From: Geosiphon pyriformis uo1
Lineage: Eukaryota > Fungi > Glomeromycota
Reading direction: 5' to 3'
DNA length: 64,000 bases
Assembly: GCA_016748015.1 (NCBI GenBank)
Contig: JAAOMT010000779.1
Coordinates: 186,001-250,000 of the forward strand
The position numbers were made by a program, and so were the translations under genes. Of this stretch, positions 36,284-50,003 are shown in pieces (the stretch's first letter is position 1; each line of letters starts with the position of its first letter). Below the pieces are notes generated by a model that had not been told where the DNA came from, did not search any database, and was given only the letters and a program-made list of their open reading frames with translations.

Positions 36284-38024
36284 TTTGAAGTTGTTTTGCT
36301 GTATTATTTCCATGGGAGAGCACCAAATGTTACTGGAGGTTTTTGGTCTCTTTTCTTCAATGTTGTTGATGCCTGTTTGCTGTGAATTCACGTTTTCTGG
36401 ATGTGGTTGAACCTCCAGTAACTGAATTTATCTTCAAATTATCTCCTATAATTTGAACTGCTGGGCTTATAAGTGGAATAGCCAATTTCATGCCAGTTAC
36501 TTTGTATAGTTACATTGTAGTAAACATCAACTCTTTTCCAGGAATTGCTCATCTAAAAGCTTACTAAAAATGTGTAGTTACTTTGCTGTGAAAGTCAACT
36601 CTTCTATAGGAATTCTCGTCTGTAGACTACCCAAATAATTTATAATAAGAAAAGAAAGAGAATAAAAGAAATGTAAAAAAAAAGCAAAACTGATGATTTA
36701 TGGAAGTCGTTTTGGATCCAGGCCTGGAAGTGCTTTAACAGTCTACTGAAATTGGTAGCTAATCAATTTCAAACTGTTAGTAGGAATTGGTTAATTCCAA
36801 GGGAAATAATTAAGAATTTGGTTTTTTGAATTTATTTGATATTTATTTTGTTTTTGTGTGTAAAGGCTGATTCTAATTATTAAATCTGAAATAAGATATA
36901 TTTCCTCGAAGAGAAAAGCTCTTCTTTTATACAACTTGTCGTAACACTATTCTATGAACTTGAACTTTGCTATTTTCTATAATTTCACTGAATTAAAGAT
37001 ACATTTTGGTGAACTACAAGTTATTTCTGTAAACTATTAGATATTTTGGTAAACTATCAATTATTTCAGCAAATTTCTTACAAATTTTGGCGAATGTTTT
37101 GAATGTTACATAGTTCGGAGTATTGCATGATTGATCATCACAATTAGGTTACATTTGTGTTATGTACAAATTGGGTTATTAATTAAATGATAATTTCGGA
37201 TATTTTGCTAATGTAATAAGTGATAATTTGAAACAATAATATATGCTAATTAGTAATAAGATTTATAAGGGTAATTTCATGCTAAACAATATTTCTAATT
37301 TTGTCTGGTAACATTGTTCACAAATTTCTTGTATCAAGTTGTTCACAAAATGTGTTCCTTGATCAGACAAGAGTTCAATTGGACATCCATGTCTACAAAT
37401 AATGTCTTCATAGATGAAATTTGCTACTGATTTTGCATCTGCTTTTTGGATGGCTCTAGCTTCAAGCCATTTGGTAAGATAATCTATTGCAACTACAATA
37501 TAACAATTTTCTTGAGTTGTGATAGATAATAGTCTGACTAAATTAATTCCAACTCTGTCAAAAGATTGTCCAACTTTGATTGGATTTAAAAGTTCTTGGG
37601 CCAGGTTCTTCTTCTTTTTTGACAACTATCACAAGATTCTACATATTGTCAAATGTTTTTTTGCATTTGAGACCAAAAGTAATGTTCAAGAGTTCTTTGT
37701 ATTGTTCCATCTCTTTCCAAGTATGCTGAAGAAGAATTTGTGTGCATGTTGTATAAGATTGTTTCTTTTTCATTCTCTTGTACTAATCTGAGTGGTTGGT
37801 TTGAATTTCTATGATTCTTGTAATAGATTTTGTTGTGGTGTACAAAATATTGTTTAGATTGGTGTTGTAATCAATGTTTTTTACTTAAAGACCAATTTTC
37901 TGACATGGTAAAAGTCTCCAAATAGTTTTTGATGTTGTTGTAGTTTTCTGGATCTATTGTTGTTGATTTTGTTATTTGTTCTGCTGTTAAGTTTGTTAGT
38001 GTTTTGTTGGTGTTGATGTTGGTA

Positions 38025-41000
38025 TTAATATTGTCTCATTTTTAAAAGGCTGTCAACATTGGTGTGTAGTTTTCCTGGTTTGTGATGTACTATATATTTG
38101 TAGTCTGCTAAAAAATCATTCCATCAAGACTGTTTGGCACTTTGTTTTTTTTTATTTTTATTGAGCCATTTGAAGCCAATATTGTCAATTATGATGTCAA
38201 ACTCTTTTCTATTCTTCAAGTATTGTTGAAAGTATTTGAGAGCCCAAATAACTGCAGCAGCTTCTAGTTCTGTTAAGCCATATTTGAGTTCTGTTGGCTT
38301 GAGTGTTCTATTAGCATAGACAATAACTTGTTTCTGGCCATTTTCATCCAATTGTGATAGGATGGCACCAAAATCTATGTGTGAAGCATCAGTGGCTAGT
38401 TGAAACCATTTGTTGAAGTCTGGGTAAGCAAAAACTAGGGCTGTTGTCAATCTTGTTTTGAGGATTTCAAAAGCTTTTTGTTGTTCTTCTGTCCATTTAT
38501 ATGGCACATTTTTGTTGGTAAAATAATTGAGTGGTTTGGCAATTTCTGAGAATCTCTTTATGAATTTCTGATAGTAAGAGGTTAATTCTACAAATCCTTT
38601 TAGTTCTGTGGTATTTTTGGGAATTTGAAAGTTTTTGACAGCACTAATTGTTCCAGGGTTTGGTTTGATTCTATCTTTGCTAACTATGTGTCCAAGAAAG
38701 ATTAAGCTTGTTTTTTCAAAGTGACATTTCTCAATATTCAACTTCAATTTTGCTTTCCGTAATTGTTGAAAAACTTTTTGCAGATAAATAAGATGGGCTT
38801 CAAAGCTTGGTAAGTACACATCAGTGTTATTAAGGTAAACAACTACTGATTGCCATAAGAGTCTTTCATATACAACATCCATGAGTCGTTGGAATGTTGT
38901 TGGTGCATTGCAGAATCCAAAAGGCATAATATTGAACTCATAGTTTTCTCTTTGGATGGTGAATGCTATTTTGGGTCTATCTTTTGGGTCCATTTCGACT
39001 TGCCAGTATTCACTTTCTAAGTCTAAAGTTGAGAAGAACTTGGCTTTTCCTAAAGCATCTAACATGTCATCAATTCTTGGGAGAGGGTAGGCATCTCCAA
39101 TTATGACACTATTCAATTGTCGATAATCAACACAAAATCTGATTTTTCTGTTTTTCTTTTTGACAAGAACTACTGGTGAGGCCCATGGACTTTTTGATGG
39201 TTGAATCAATCCATTATTGAGCATTCTTTGGATCTCTTCTCTAATAAATTGGTGGCTAGCAGGTGGAACTTGATAGGCTTGTTGTCATTTTGGTGGAGCA
39301 TCTCTTGTATGGATTTAGTGTTGAACAATATTCGTTTTTCCAAGGTCATTGTTGTCTTTTGCAAATATATTTGCAAATTCAGCTATTAATTGTTTCAATT
39401 GTCTTTGTTGTTGGGGTTCTAAGGGACCCATGTTGATTTGAGAGAGTTTTTCTTCCAAAAGGTGGTAATTTTTAGTGGTAGAAATGATGTTTGGATTTGG
39501 AAGTAGTGTATGTCTTATAATTTCGATGAAATTAGAAACAATTTGAGGGTTTTCATCTTAAAAAATGTTACTGTGTATGATTCCAATCTCTAGTTTGTTC
39601 AATAAGACAATGGGGTAATTATTGGAGTTATAGAATATAACTCTAAATTTTTTCATTCCTTTGGGAATATAAATGTTTGCGATTGAGATTTCATGCTTCA
39701 AACAAATTTGTTTATTGAATTCAAAGATTTGTTGGGTAGTGGTGGGTTTTGAACATGTGTAAATTTCGTAATGTTCACCAAAAAGTAAAATGGTAATTGG
39801 TTGGAGAAGTTGAAGAATCTGGTAAAATTCATTCTGTGTATTGAGAGCTATGTTTACTGGAACTGTAAATCGTCCAGTTGAACCAAAACCTTGAGTTTTT
39901 TTTTCACTTTTTCTCAATTGTTCTATGTTTTTAACTGATTGTAACCCCAAAATGTTGATTAGAGGTAGGTAAATTGCTTGGGCAATTTTCTCAGCATGTT
40001 TAATTCTGAGTGGTTTGTCTGTTTCATTTTGTAACATGATGGTAATGTCTCCAGTATATTCTGCATCTATAACTCCTCCTTTAACATTGATTCCTTTGCT
40101 TGCCAATGATGATTTGGATGCAATTTGAATTATTGCTTCAGGTGGAATTTCAAGAGTAATTTTGAAATTGATTTTTGTCAAGGACTTTGGTTGGAGAACC
40201 AAAGTATTTTTTCCTGGATATCTTAGGTCATATCCAGCATCAATTTCGTGTGCTTTTTCTGGTCTGATTTTTTGGCCATAGTTGTTGAAATATTTAAGTT
40301 GTAGAGGTGGTTGCTTTTCAAGAAGATAGATGGGGGTGGTTGGTAGTTCTTCTACTAGTTTAGATACTCCAAATTCGATTTTATTTTCATCATTTTCCTC
40401 TGGCAGAGGAATGCTAAGAGCATAGCATTCTGGACACTATTTGTCATCATAAGGCATGATACATTCTTCACACAATTGAATGTTCATTTGCTCTAATCAT
40501 TGAATTTGAGCTTTTTGAGTCAGGTATGTGTGGCTTGCAATTTGGTGGTAGGTTTCTACTTCATTTTTATAATCAAATCCAGCTAATTCCATGGTATACT
40601 CAATGTATTCAGCTTCTTTCATTTGGCAGACATCTTTTTGGGTGGCTCTATTGATCAATGCCATTGCTAGATCAAAAATCATTTTAGCATTATGAAGGTA
40701 GTGGTAGAGTTTATTAAGAGCACTGTTGTATGCTGCATCAAATAATGTTCCTTTTCTGACTTTTTCCGAAATTGATAGAGCATATTGACAGGTTTGATCA
40801 CATACTCCTCCTCTCATTACAACATCAATCCAGTTGTATTCTTCTGGTAACATATCTCCACATGTAAGACAAGATGTGTTGTCCTATTTTCCACTTCTTT
40901 TTGGAGATCCAAATCGTTCTCTATGGCATGCTTTGCAAAAGTAACAGGTACAAGTTTCATATTCCTCTTTTGAAGAAATACATGCTTCCATTGATGAAAG

Positions 41001-43649
41001 TTTCTTGTTGCAATCTTTGCATTTGAGTGGAATATAGGGTGGTTGTTTCTGTGGTTCTGGTGTAAAATATCTAACTTTCTTCCATCTTCTTGATTCTTCA
41101 AAAATCTTCTGTTTTGTTTCTTCAGCCCAATTGAATGTTGATCCAAGAGCCATGTAGGTTTCAGTAAGTGGCATTTTTTTCTCCTCTTCAAATTCAAATA
41201 CTGGGGCTTTTTCTGATCATTTGTTAAAAGTTCTATAAGTAGCAAGTACTATAGTGTATTGTCTTTGGTATGAGATTTTTAATTCTTGAGTTTCCCAATT
41301 CAAGTTTGCATTGGCCTTAAGAAGCCAATCATTTCTGACTAGAGCTTGGTATTGGAGTGCATCCATGACTAGAACTTTGACTGGAATGGTGATTCCATTA
41401 ATGGTAAATGGAAAATTGTCAATTTCTTCTACTGGTGTCTTTTTTATACCATCTGCTGTAACAATTACAGTTTGGACTGGTCTGTCAACAGTTCTTTAAA
41501 GCTGTTGCATTAACTGGTAGATGATAATACTTCCAGCTGATCCACTGTTTAGAATTAGTTGGATGGGTTTTCTTTCTACTGTAGCTTCAGTGTACATGGC
41601 AGTGATAGCTCTTTGTTCATTAGCTGTTGCATTACTAAGCAAGAATGGTAATTCATTTGCTTTAAATTCGAATGGAAATATATTTGAAAGGTTGACATTT
41701 TGGGCAATTTGAGCTGGTAGAATAGTATTATTAGAAGAGTTTGATCTGGGTGCTGTAACTTTACCTTCAGAAAGTGCAGGTTGTTGAAAATCCAATTCCT
41801 CTGGTATTGTAAGATAACTGGGTTGAGTGTAATAGTAATTGGGTCTTTGCTGACCAAAATTTCGGGAAACCAACTAGTTATTTGGATTGATTCTGTTGTT
41901 GTTATTCTGAAATTGATTTTGGGGTGTGAATTGGTTATGTTGAACCAATCTTTTTGCTGGTACTTGATATTGTTGAGTGAATAGTGTTTGATATGGCTGA
42001 ATTGGTAAAGATTGCTGATATTGTTGCTGCATTGGTTGTGGAGCTGATTAATAGTAACTGTTTTGATTTTGTGGTCTTGGTGAATAATAGGTTGATGTTG
42101 GAGATTGGTAATAAGATTGTTGTGGTGAAGAGTAATGTTAATTACTTCTGTTTTGTTGGTCTCTTTGTAATTTTTTACAATCTTGTTTCCAGTGTTCTGG
42201 AATTCCACAATAATGACAATTTTGAGATTGGTTGTTGGATGGTGATCCAAAATTGTTTTGGTTGCATCATTGTGGGGGTTAATATCTTTGTGGTTGTTGT
42301 TGCTGTTGTTGTTGGTTTGTGAAGTAGCTTTCAACCTTCTTTGTGAGTTGGTCTATCTTCTCTTCAGCTGCTGAACTAGTTTCTCTAATAGCTAGGTTGA
42401 CAAGTTTGGTATGGTTTGCTTCTTCCATAGCCATTTCATAGTTCTTTGCATGTCTAATGGCAGTTGCTAAGTCTGCTGGTGCATGTGGATGGACTTTTTT
42501 AATTAATTTGTCTTTTAATCCTGCTATAAACTAATCCAGAATCTGAGCATTAGAATAGTAGTCATTGGTTTCCAATTGTTGAATTTGTCTGAGAAGTTTA
42601 TTGAATCTTCCAAGATAGATCATAACAGTTTCAGATGTTTCTTGTTTGATATTGCGAAAGCAATTGCGGAGAGTAATAGAAGTGTTGTTGTCAGTAAATT
42701 GTTGTAAGAAAGCATCTTTAAATGCTTGTCAGTTCTCAAATGGTTCTTCTAAATTTTCAAATCATTCTTCTGCTGTTCCTTGGAGAAAATAGGAAATTGC
42801 TTTGAGCATTCTTGCTGCAATTCAACCATTTGCATCTCCTGTTTTTTGACCTTTGTCAAGCCATTCTTGAAAACTGGTATTATTGTCTTCACCAGTGAAT
42901 TCTGGAATTTTTGCAATGTAAGCAGTTGTTATTTTTTCTTTGTTTCCTGTGATTTCTTCTGGTTCTGATTCAGTTTCTTCACTTTCCAAGCTTTCTGAAT
43001 GATTACTTTCATTTTCCTGTAAGTAATCAATGATATTGGCACTTGTTGATATTGGTTCTTGTTGTTGAGTAGAATTTCTAGGTGACTGAAAATCTTCTGG
43101 TCTGGAGAAATGGTTAAGTGGTGAACTTGGTGTTTGTGGTTGAACAAGTGAAATTAGAAATGGTGTAATAGAAAGTGGTAATTTGACACTGGTTTCTTGT
43201 TCAGATGTTTGCAAGTGTTTGGCAGTTGTCTTTGGTAGTATTGGAGTGTTTGGAGTGGTTCTTGAGTTTTGTTTCACTTTTTGTTTGTCTTTGTTGCTTG
43301 TCTCTGTTTTTAATTTAAAATTAAAAGAGTATTTGGGCTGTACTGGGTATTTTTTTTCACAATACTCAATAATATTAAAATTAAGTTCTTGGAAGTAGGT
43401 AGCAAGTGTTTCACTGTTCAGGTCTTCTGTTTCCAATTGTGAATAATGCACTAAATTATTGTAGAGGTTGCTTCTAACTTCTAAAATGTTGTAGTTTTTA
43501 AAAAGATAATTGTTGATGCAATTTTCAATGTATTGGTATACTGATTTCTTAACAACTTCAATTCTATCTGGGATGTTGAATCTTTGCTTGCAGTGGGTGT
43601 AAATTAACTGATAATACTCTAGAGTTGTTGTGTCTGGTGTGGTCGCCAC
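38025..43649 (-). pseudogene. G1 ORF1: N-terminal extension, Gag, CCHC knuckle, aspartic protease, Cys-rich domain, dUTPase, RT, RNase H in one frame
   Basis: ORF-track fragments starting at 43649, 41873, 41174, 40853, 40202 and 39224 share one frame. Motifs: IPEFTGED, LILNSGSAGS, GGVIDAEYTGD...TQGFGSTG, SPWASPVVLV, RFCVDYRQLN, MPFGFCNAP, YLNN (decayed YLDD), LATDAS, ELEAAAVIWAL. Confidence 0.9.
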
Positions 43650-43680
43650 TTTGAATTTGTTGTTACTGTGTTATTTCCAT

Positions 43681-43692
43681 GGAAGAGCACCA
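43681..43692 (-). promoter_or_regulatory. Primer-binding site of G1 (equivalents: G2 ~36314-36325; G3 ~47182-47197)
   Basis: TGGTGCTCT.. 2 nt downstream of the 5' LTR, complementary to a tRNA 3' end ...AGCACCA; the tRNA was not identified. Confidence 0.8.
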
Positions 43693-46600
43693 AATGTTAC
43701 TGGAGGTTTTTGGTTTCTTTTCTTGAATGTTGTAAATGTCTGTTGGTTGCAAATTCACGTTTTCTAGAAGTAGTTGAACCTCCAGTAACTGAATTTATCT
43801 TCAAATTATCTCCTATAATTTGAACTGCTGGGCTTATAAGTGGAATACCAATTCCTTGCCAGTTACTTTATATAGTTACATTGTAGTAAACCTCAACTCT
43901 TTCCCAGAAATTGCTTGTCTGGAAGCTCACTAAAAATGTGTAGTTATCTTGCTGTGAAAGTTAACTCTTCTACAGAAATTTCGTCTGTAGACTACCTTAA
44001 TGATTGTAATAAAAAAAGAAAAGAAAAATAAAAAAAAAGTAAAAGAAATAGGATTTTATCAAGGAAAACGTTTTCTATCCAGGCCTGGAGTCACTAACAG
44101 TTTATTGAAATTGGTAGCTAATCAATTTCAAAACGTTAGTTGTGTTGAGAGAATTTCAAGTGTAATAATTTAAGAATTTGGTTTTCAAATATTTAATTTT
44201 TATTTGATTTTGTAAAAGATGATTTGTTTCAATTAAGATATCTAAAGTAAGATACTATGATAAGATACTATGAGAAAATACATTTCCTTGAAGAGAAAAG
44301 CTCTTCTTTTATACAACTTGTTGTAGTACTAGTCTTTGAACTTGCACTTTTCTCTTTGCTACAATTTGGGTAAACTAAAGATACATTTCGGTGAATTTAC
44401 AAGTTATTTCACTGAACTATTGATTATTTCGGCAAATTTTCATTAATTTCGGCGAATTTTGACTATGTTAAAAGGTTCAGGGTATTGTGTAATTTGATTA
44501 TCTTAATTTCTAGAGTACAAATCAGATTATTAATTAAGTAATAATATTTGATAATTTGATTAAATAATAAGTGATAATTGAATTAATAATAATGTATGCT
44601 AATTAATAATAGGAATTATAAGGGTAATTTCATGCTAATTAATAGCTAAAATTCTACTGGTAACAACGGATAGCTTGGTAAAAACCCCAGAAATAAGGGT
44701 AGAATTATATATATATTAATGGATAACTTACCAGAAAGACATGACTGCCAGAATAAATCTGGCCACCAAGCTGAGAAAAAAATTGGAAAAGCAACTTACT
44801 AACAACAACAATATCATTATTAAATTTCTGTCCATTATACAAAGAACTCCACAACAAAACCTTCAGATTAACAAAACCTTCAGAAACCAACATAATTATA
44901 TCAATTGAGCATCAAGTTACAGGTTTGTTATTTGATTTGAGACTCCAAATAATCACCTGTAACATTATCTAAAAAAATTGTTTTTAATATATTAAGTAAT
45001 AATAATGTCTTTAGTTTTTTATTATTTCAGTTTACTAAAATTACTTTATACTTAAATATTTGTATTAAAGAAAAAAAATAGCTTTGATTTAATTAAATTA
45101 TTTGTATTAAATATTAATTTTATAGTTGTATTTAATAAGAATCTAAATAATAAAGTGAAAATTATTAAAATTTTTTTTTACAAAATCAATAATTTTAAAA
45201 AAACATTAATTTTTTTAAAATTTTAAGATGTTATAAAGCTATATTTACTTTTAAAGCTAATCTAAAAGCTGTTAAGCAGCTAATTATGAATAAAAAAATT
45301 TTAGTTAATGCTAATTTGAAAAAAATCAACATTAGATAAAATTAAAAAATTATTGTCAAAAAAATTTTAATTGATCTGCCAAAATTAGCATTAAAATCAA
45401 TATTTTTCAAATTTAGCAATATTAAATCAATTAAATTGTATTTAATTGATTTGTGGAAAAAAACACTTGTTAAATTTAAAAGTTTTAAAGTTGCTAATCT
45501 GGTTTTTTTTAAATATTTAATTTTGGTAAACAAAAACTTAATATATATAACAAAAACCAATAAAGATAAACATTTATAGAATTTTAAAAACCATTATTAT
45601 ACTTTTTTATATATGTTGTTACCAGTAAAATTTTAGCTATTAATTAGCATGAAATTATTCTCATAATTCCTATTATTAATTAGCATATATTATTATCATT
45701 TCAATTATTACTTATTATTTAACCAAATTATCAAATATCATTATTCAATTAATAACTCAATTTGTATCATAGAAATTAAGATAATCAAATTACACAATAC
45801 TTTGAACCATTTAATATAGTCAAAATTGGCTGAAATAATTAATAGTTTGTAGAAATAACTTGTAATTTGCTGAAATATATCTTTAGTTTGTCGAAATTAG
45901 AGCAAAGAAAAAAGTACAAGTTCAAAAACTAGTACTACAACAAATTGTATAAAAAAAGAGCTTCTCTTTTCAAGAAAATATATCTTACTATAGTATCTTA
46001 CTTTAGATATTTTAATTAGAACAAATCATTTTTTACATATTTCAAATAAAAATTAAATACTTAAAAACCAAATTCTTTAAATTATTACACTTGAAATTTT
46101 TTTAACACAACTAATATTTTGAAATTGATTAGCTACCAATTTCAGTAATCTGTTAGTAACTTCAGGCTTGGATAGAAAATGTTTCTTTTGACAGAATTTT
46201 ATTTCTTTTATATTTCTTTTATTTTATTTTTTCTTTTCTTATTATAATTATTAAGGTAGCCTACAAATGAGATTCCTGTAGAAGAGTTGACTTTTACAGC
46301 AAAGTAACTATATATTTTAGTAAGCTTTCAGATGAGCAATTCCTGGAAAAAAGTTGATGTTGTTACTCATAAAAAAAATATATAAAGAAAAATAGTAAGA
46401 AAACAGATAGACCAATAGGAAAGTAGTAGTTAACACATAAGCACATTGCTCAACAATATAGAGCAATGTAGAGCAATATTAGAAAATTAGAGCATATTGC
46501 TCAAAAAATTATAGCACATCACTCAAAAATGTAAGTGATCTCATAGAATCTAAATTATGTATATATAGTAAGAGTATTAAAAGCAGAAGAAGAGAATTAC

Positions 46601-49600
46601 CAAGATCTTTCTATAACCACATCTTTATTAGAATTTATTAATATTAATAAATAATTATTCACTATCTAAATTATTTTCTCCCACTATCAACACTTTATGT
46701 TAATAGTATCGAATACTTGATTATGCTAAAACAATAGTTTTGGATTATGGCTATTGACAAGATATTAACTTTATTATCTTGGCTTATATTTTATTTCTTT
46801 AATTTTTCTTTGTATTTTATTTCTTTTGTTGTTTACTAATTGATTAAGAATTAAACACTAAGTTATTGACATCAAGGATAGCCTGGTAAAAGATCCAGAA
46901 ATAAGAGTAGGGAACTTAGAAATTAAGAATAGCTTACTAGAAAAGCACAACTGTCAGAATAAACTGCCCACCATGCTGAAGAAAAAAATTTGACAGAATT
47001 GCAATTTTGAGAGGCTACTTATAAAACAACCATTGAATCTTTGTTCATTACATAAAAAACTTCAATCCAAATCTTTCAGATTACAAAAACCTTCAGAGAT
47101 TACCAATATAGTTCAGCTATTAAGCACCAAGTTATGAGTTTGTTATTTGATTCAAGATTTCAAATAATCACTTGTAATATTTGGTGCTTTCTGTAAGGTA
47201 TAATCTTACAGAGAACCAGCACCAACAACAATCATCCAAAAGTGGCAGAACCAGAAAAAATAGGGACAAACTATTTAAGATTTGCCAAATCCTTATTTCA
47301 GCATTATTGTAAACACTTGGGATTAACCAACAATTACCTATTAGCAAAATTAGTCTTCAATTTCTACATCAACAAAAGAATCTCATATTTGCTAAAGGTA
47401 CCAGTAGAAACTGATTTAACAAAAGAAAATTTCTACAACAAATTAATTCAAAATACCAGTCTACTAGTAAATTATAACTTTATGGCAATCTTCATTGAAA
47501 TCAATAAAGAAATTAAAAATCATATTCAACAAAGATACCCAATTACCTATGCAAACAAAGGCAAAGAAAAACTACAAACACCAACAGTAACATCTCAAAG
47601 AATACAACCACCCACTTGGAAGAAAACAAAAGTAGAACCACCAATCAACTTATCATATTACTATATACTCAGAAGTGCCATCAACATTTTATTACTAAGT
47701 GCATCCACTTCAAATATAAAATTATCATTAATCCAACTTCTATTTCAAAGTAAACAAAAGAAAGCAAAGTTATTAGAAACCTATGATAATTATTTTAAAG
47801 AATTTAAATTGTAATTACTGATGCCATCAGGATTTTAATTACTACTACCTCCACCAGATTTTAAAACTATGAGTCTTTGGAAAGTAACTGAATCAGAAGA
47901 AGAGAAAGATAAAAATTAAGAATTTAATTACCAAAACCTGATCTCAAAAAACCCAAAAAATCAAACTTCAATCAATCAAATTCAGCAAAATTAGAACAAT
48001 CCAAATCCCAATATTGTTGATCAGCAAAACTTACCTCCAGAACTCGTGATAGATCTACCACCAGTTGTCACATCACAACAGCCAATATAATTACAATAAC
48101 CATTTCAACAATTACTATAACAACAGCAACAAATAGCAGTATAAATGGCCTATGCTCTAATTGCCAAAATAGAAAAATTTACTGGTGAAAAAGATAATGC
48201 CTAAGTATGGTTCAATGATATAGAAAAAGTTATTGCAGCCAATGAATAAAATAATGCCAAAGCACTATAAACCATCTCTTATTTTCTCCAGAATACTGCC
48301 AACTTGTGGTATCAGAGTTTGGCTCAGAAACCCCAACTTTTGACACATTCAAGCTAGAATTTCTAAGATATTTCAACAACAACAACAACATTAATTGCTT
48401 GGCTAATATATTTACCACTATTAAACAAGGAGATACAGAAGCAGTTATTACTTATTTGGGATGCTTCTACAGAAATTTGCATTAGATTCAAGCCATTAAC
48501 ACCAACTATTTTACAGTGTCCCAAATTTTGAATCAGTTCATTCATGGATTATGTAGTAGCATTCTGCAATGCGTACACTTATTACATTCAATTAATTTTT
48601 AAGTCACAGTTATTCATGCCAGAAATTTTGAAGTCACCAAATTAAAAGCCAATTATGCACAAGTCATAAATTTAGTAATGAACAGATTATCTGAATTGGA
48701 CTCTAGGCTGAAACAATTTAGTGATTCTATTAACCAAAAATTGAAAGGATACTTAGCTAACAATCAAGCAATTTATCAATCTCTACAATGACACAATAAT
48801 CAAAAAAATGCAAATTATTCTCAAAACCAGATGTGTTTATCATTGTTTACCAATTAACAGTGGTGAACTAAAATATATAGTTACTACTATTGTGATAAAC
48901 AAAAACACCTACAGATTGACTGTCATAACTGCTTAAATAATCAACAATTAGAAAATCAATATTAAAACTCTGATTGCTGGTTTCAAATTCAAAATTATTA
49001 ACCAAATTATCTATTAGTAACACTGCAGCCAATTTATCAACCTCCAATCTATTAGTCTTTAGCACCAGTTATTTATTAGCCACAGCTACCAATAATTTAC
49101 CAACTCCAACAACTTTAAAGACTGCCATAAAACCCAGCTCCAATGTTGTTAATAAACCAAAGACCCAAAATAACCCAACAAAACTGGAGATCAGTAATAG
49201 TAGTCCATCAACCAATTTTCAGTTTTTTTAACCAAGCATCAGGATCATGTTCTCAGAATTTGGAAAATAGGTACACTCAAAACCCAAATTCCCAACATTA
49301 TTTAAGTTTTCTAGTTATCTCAGAAAATGCCTCATTCAGCAAAAGAAAACCCAACCAGAAGCAGATATTTATCAGCAATATCCTACCAGCAGCCAGTACT
49401 GAGGACAAATTACTTACCACTATATTCTCTTTCAAATTCAAGAAAATTATATTAGTCTCATTATTTAGTGGAGCCACTTTTGACACTAAACCCATCACTG
49501 CCATGTATACTAATGCCAAAGTTAATGGCCAATTTATTAAACTCATTCTTAATAGTAAGTTAGCAGACAGTATTATCACATAACAACTTATGGACCAATT

Positions 49601-50003
49601 AAGTTGCCAAGTTGATTATACTGCCAATGCCAGAATTATTATTGCTAATAAAGCCACTAAAACTCCTATTGGTGAAATTGATAACTTTCCTTTTGAAGTC
49701 AATGGCATTATTACTTCTATTAAAGTATTGGTAATAGAAGCCATCTAGTATTAAGCATTAGTTGAAAATGATTGACTAGTCAAAACCAATGCCATACTTG
49801 ATTGGACTACTTAAAAATTGCAACTTAGTCAAAATGGCCAGCACATACAAATGCCAGCCACCTGTGGTCATTTTAAGCTTAGCACCAACATACTAGCATT
49901 CTTAATTAATATTAAAGAAAAAGTAAACAAACCTACCTGAGAAGCCTATCAAGTTTTATGGGCTGATGACAATTATAACAAGCTGTCACCAATTTTTACC
50001 TGG

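Larger units (their letters stand above)
26516..37313 (-). mobile_element. Ty3/Gypsy LTR retrotransposon G2 (full-length, decayed), nested in the G1 integrase
   Basis: 986-bp LTRs at 26516-27501 and 36328-37313; TSD TCAT/TTGT (ancestral TCGT); PBS TGGTGCTCTCCC; PPT; RT YLDD intact (VIYLDDIDV); dUTPase motifs in ORF 31422-32684. Confidence 0.95.
25779..37957 (-). pseudogene. G1 integrase ORF (37957-37314 and 26515-25779), split by G2
   Basis: HHCC zinc finger, FDRVGINLV, DYLTKW.EA, SDQGTHF and GPF module (WNGPFYI). G2 is inserted in the catalytic core. Confidence 0.88.
23966..44665 (-). mobile_element. Ty3/Gypsy LTR retrotransposon G1 (full-length, decayed), containing nested G2
   Basis: 971-bp LTRs at 23966-24936 and 43695-44665; TSD ACGG/ACGG; PBS TGGTGCTCTTCC 2 nt after the 5' LTR; PPT GAAGAGGAG before the 3' LTR; domain order PR-RT-RH-IN. 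Confidence 0.95.
23340..44964 (+). mobile_element. Solo LTR, family A' (GGAATTCC-array variant), split by G1 into 23340-23965 and 44670-44964
   Basis: TGTTACTC...TGTAACA termini; TSD CCAT (23336-23339) / TTAT (44965-44968, C>T decayed); the halves join into an A-type LTR. Confidence 0.85.

Noticed and set aside
41576-42334. 252-aa N/I/H-rich alternative-frame ORF in G1 (similar at 33671-34048)
   Set aside because: Off-frame reading of the CAA-rich Gln/Pro Gag tail; low complexity explains the lack of stops.
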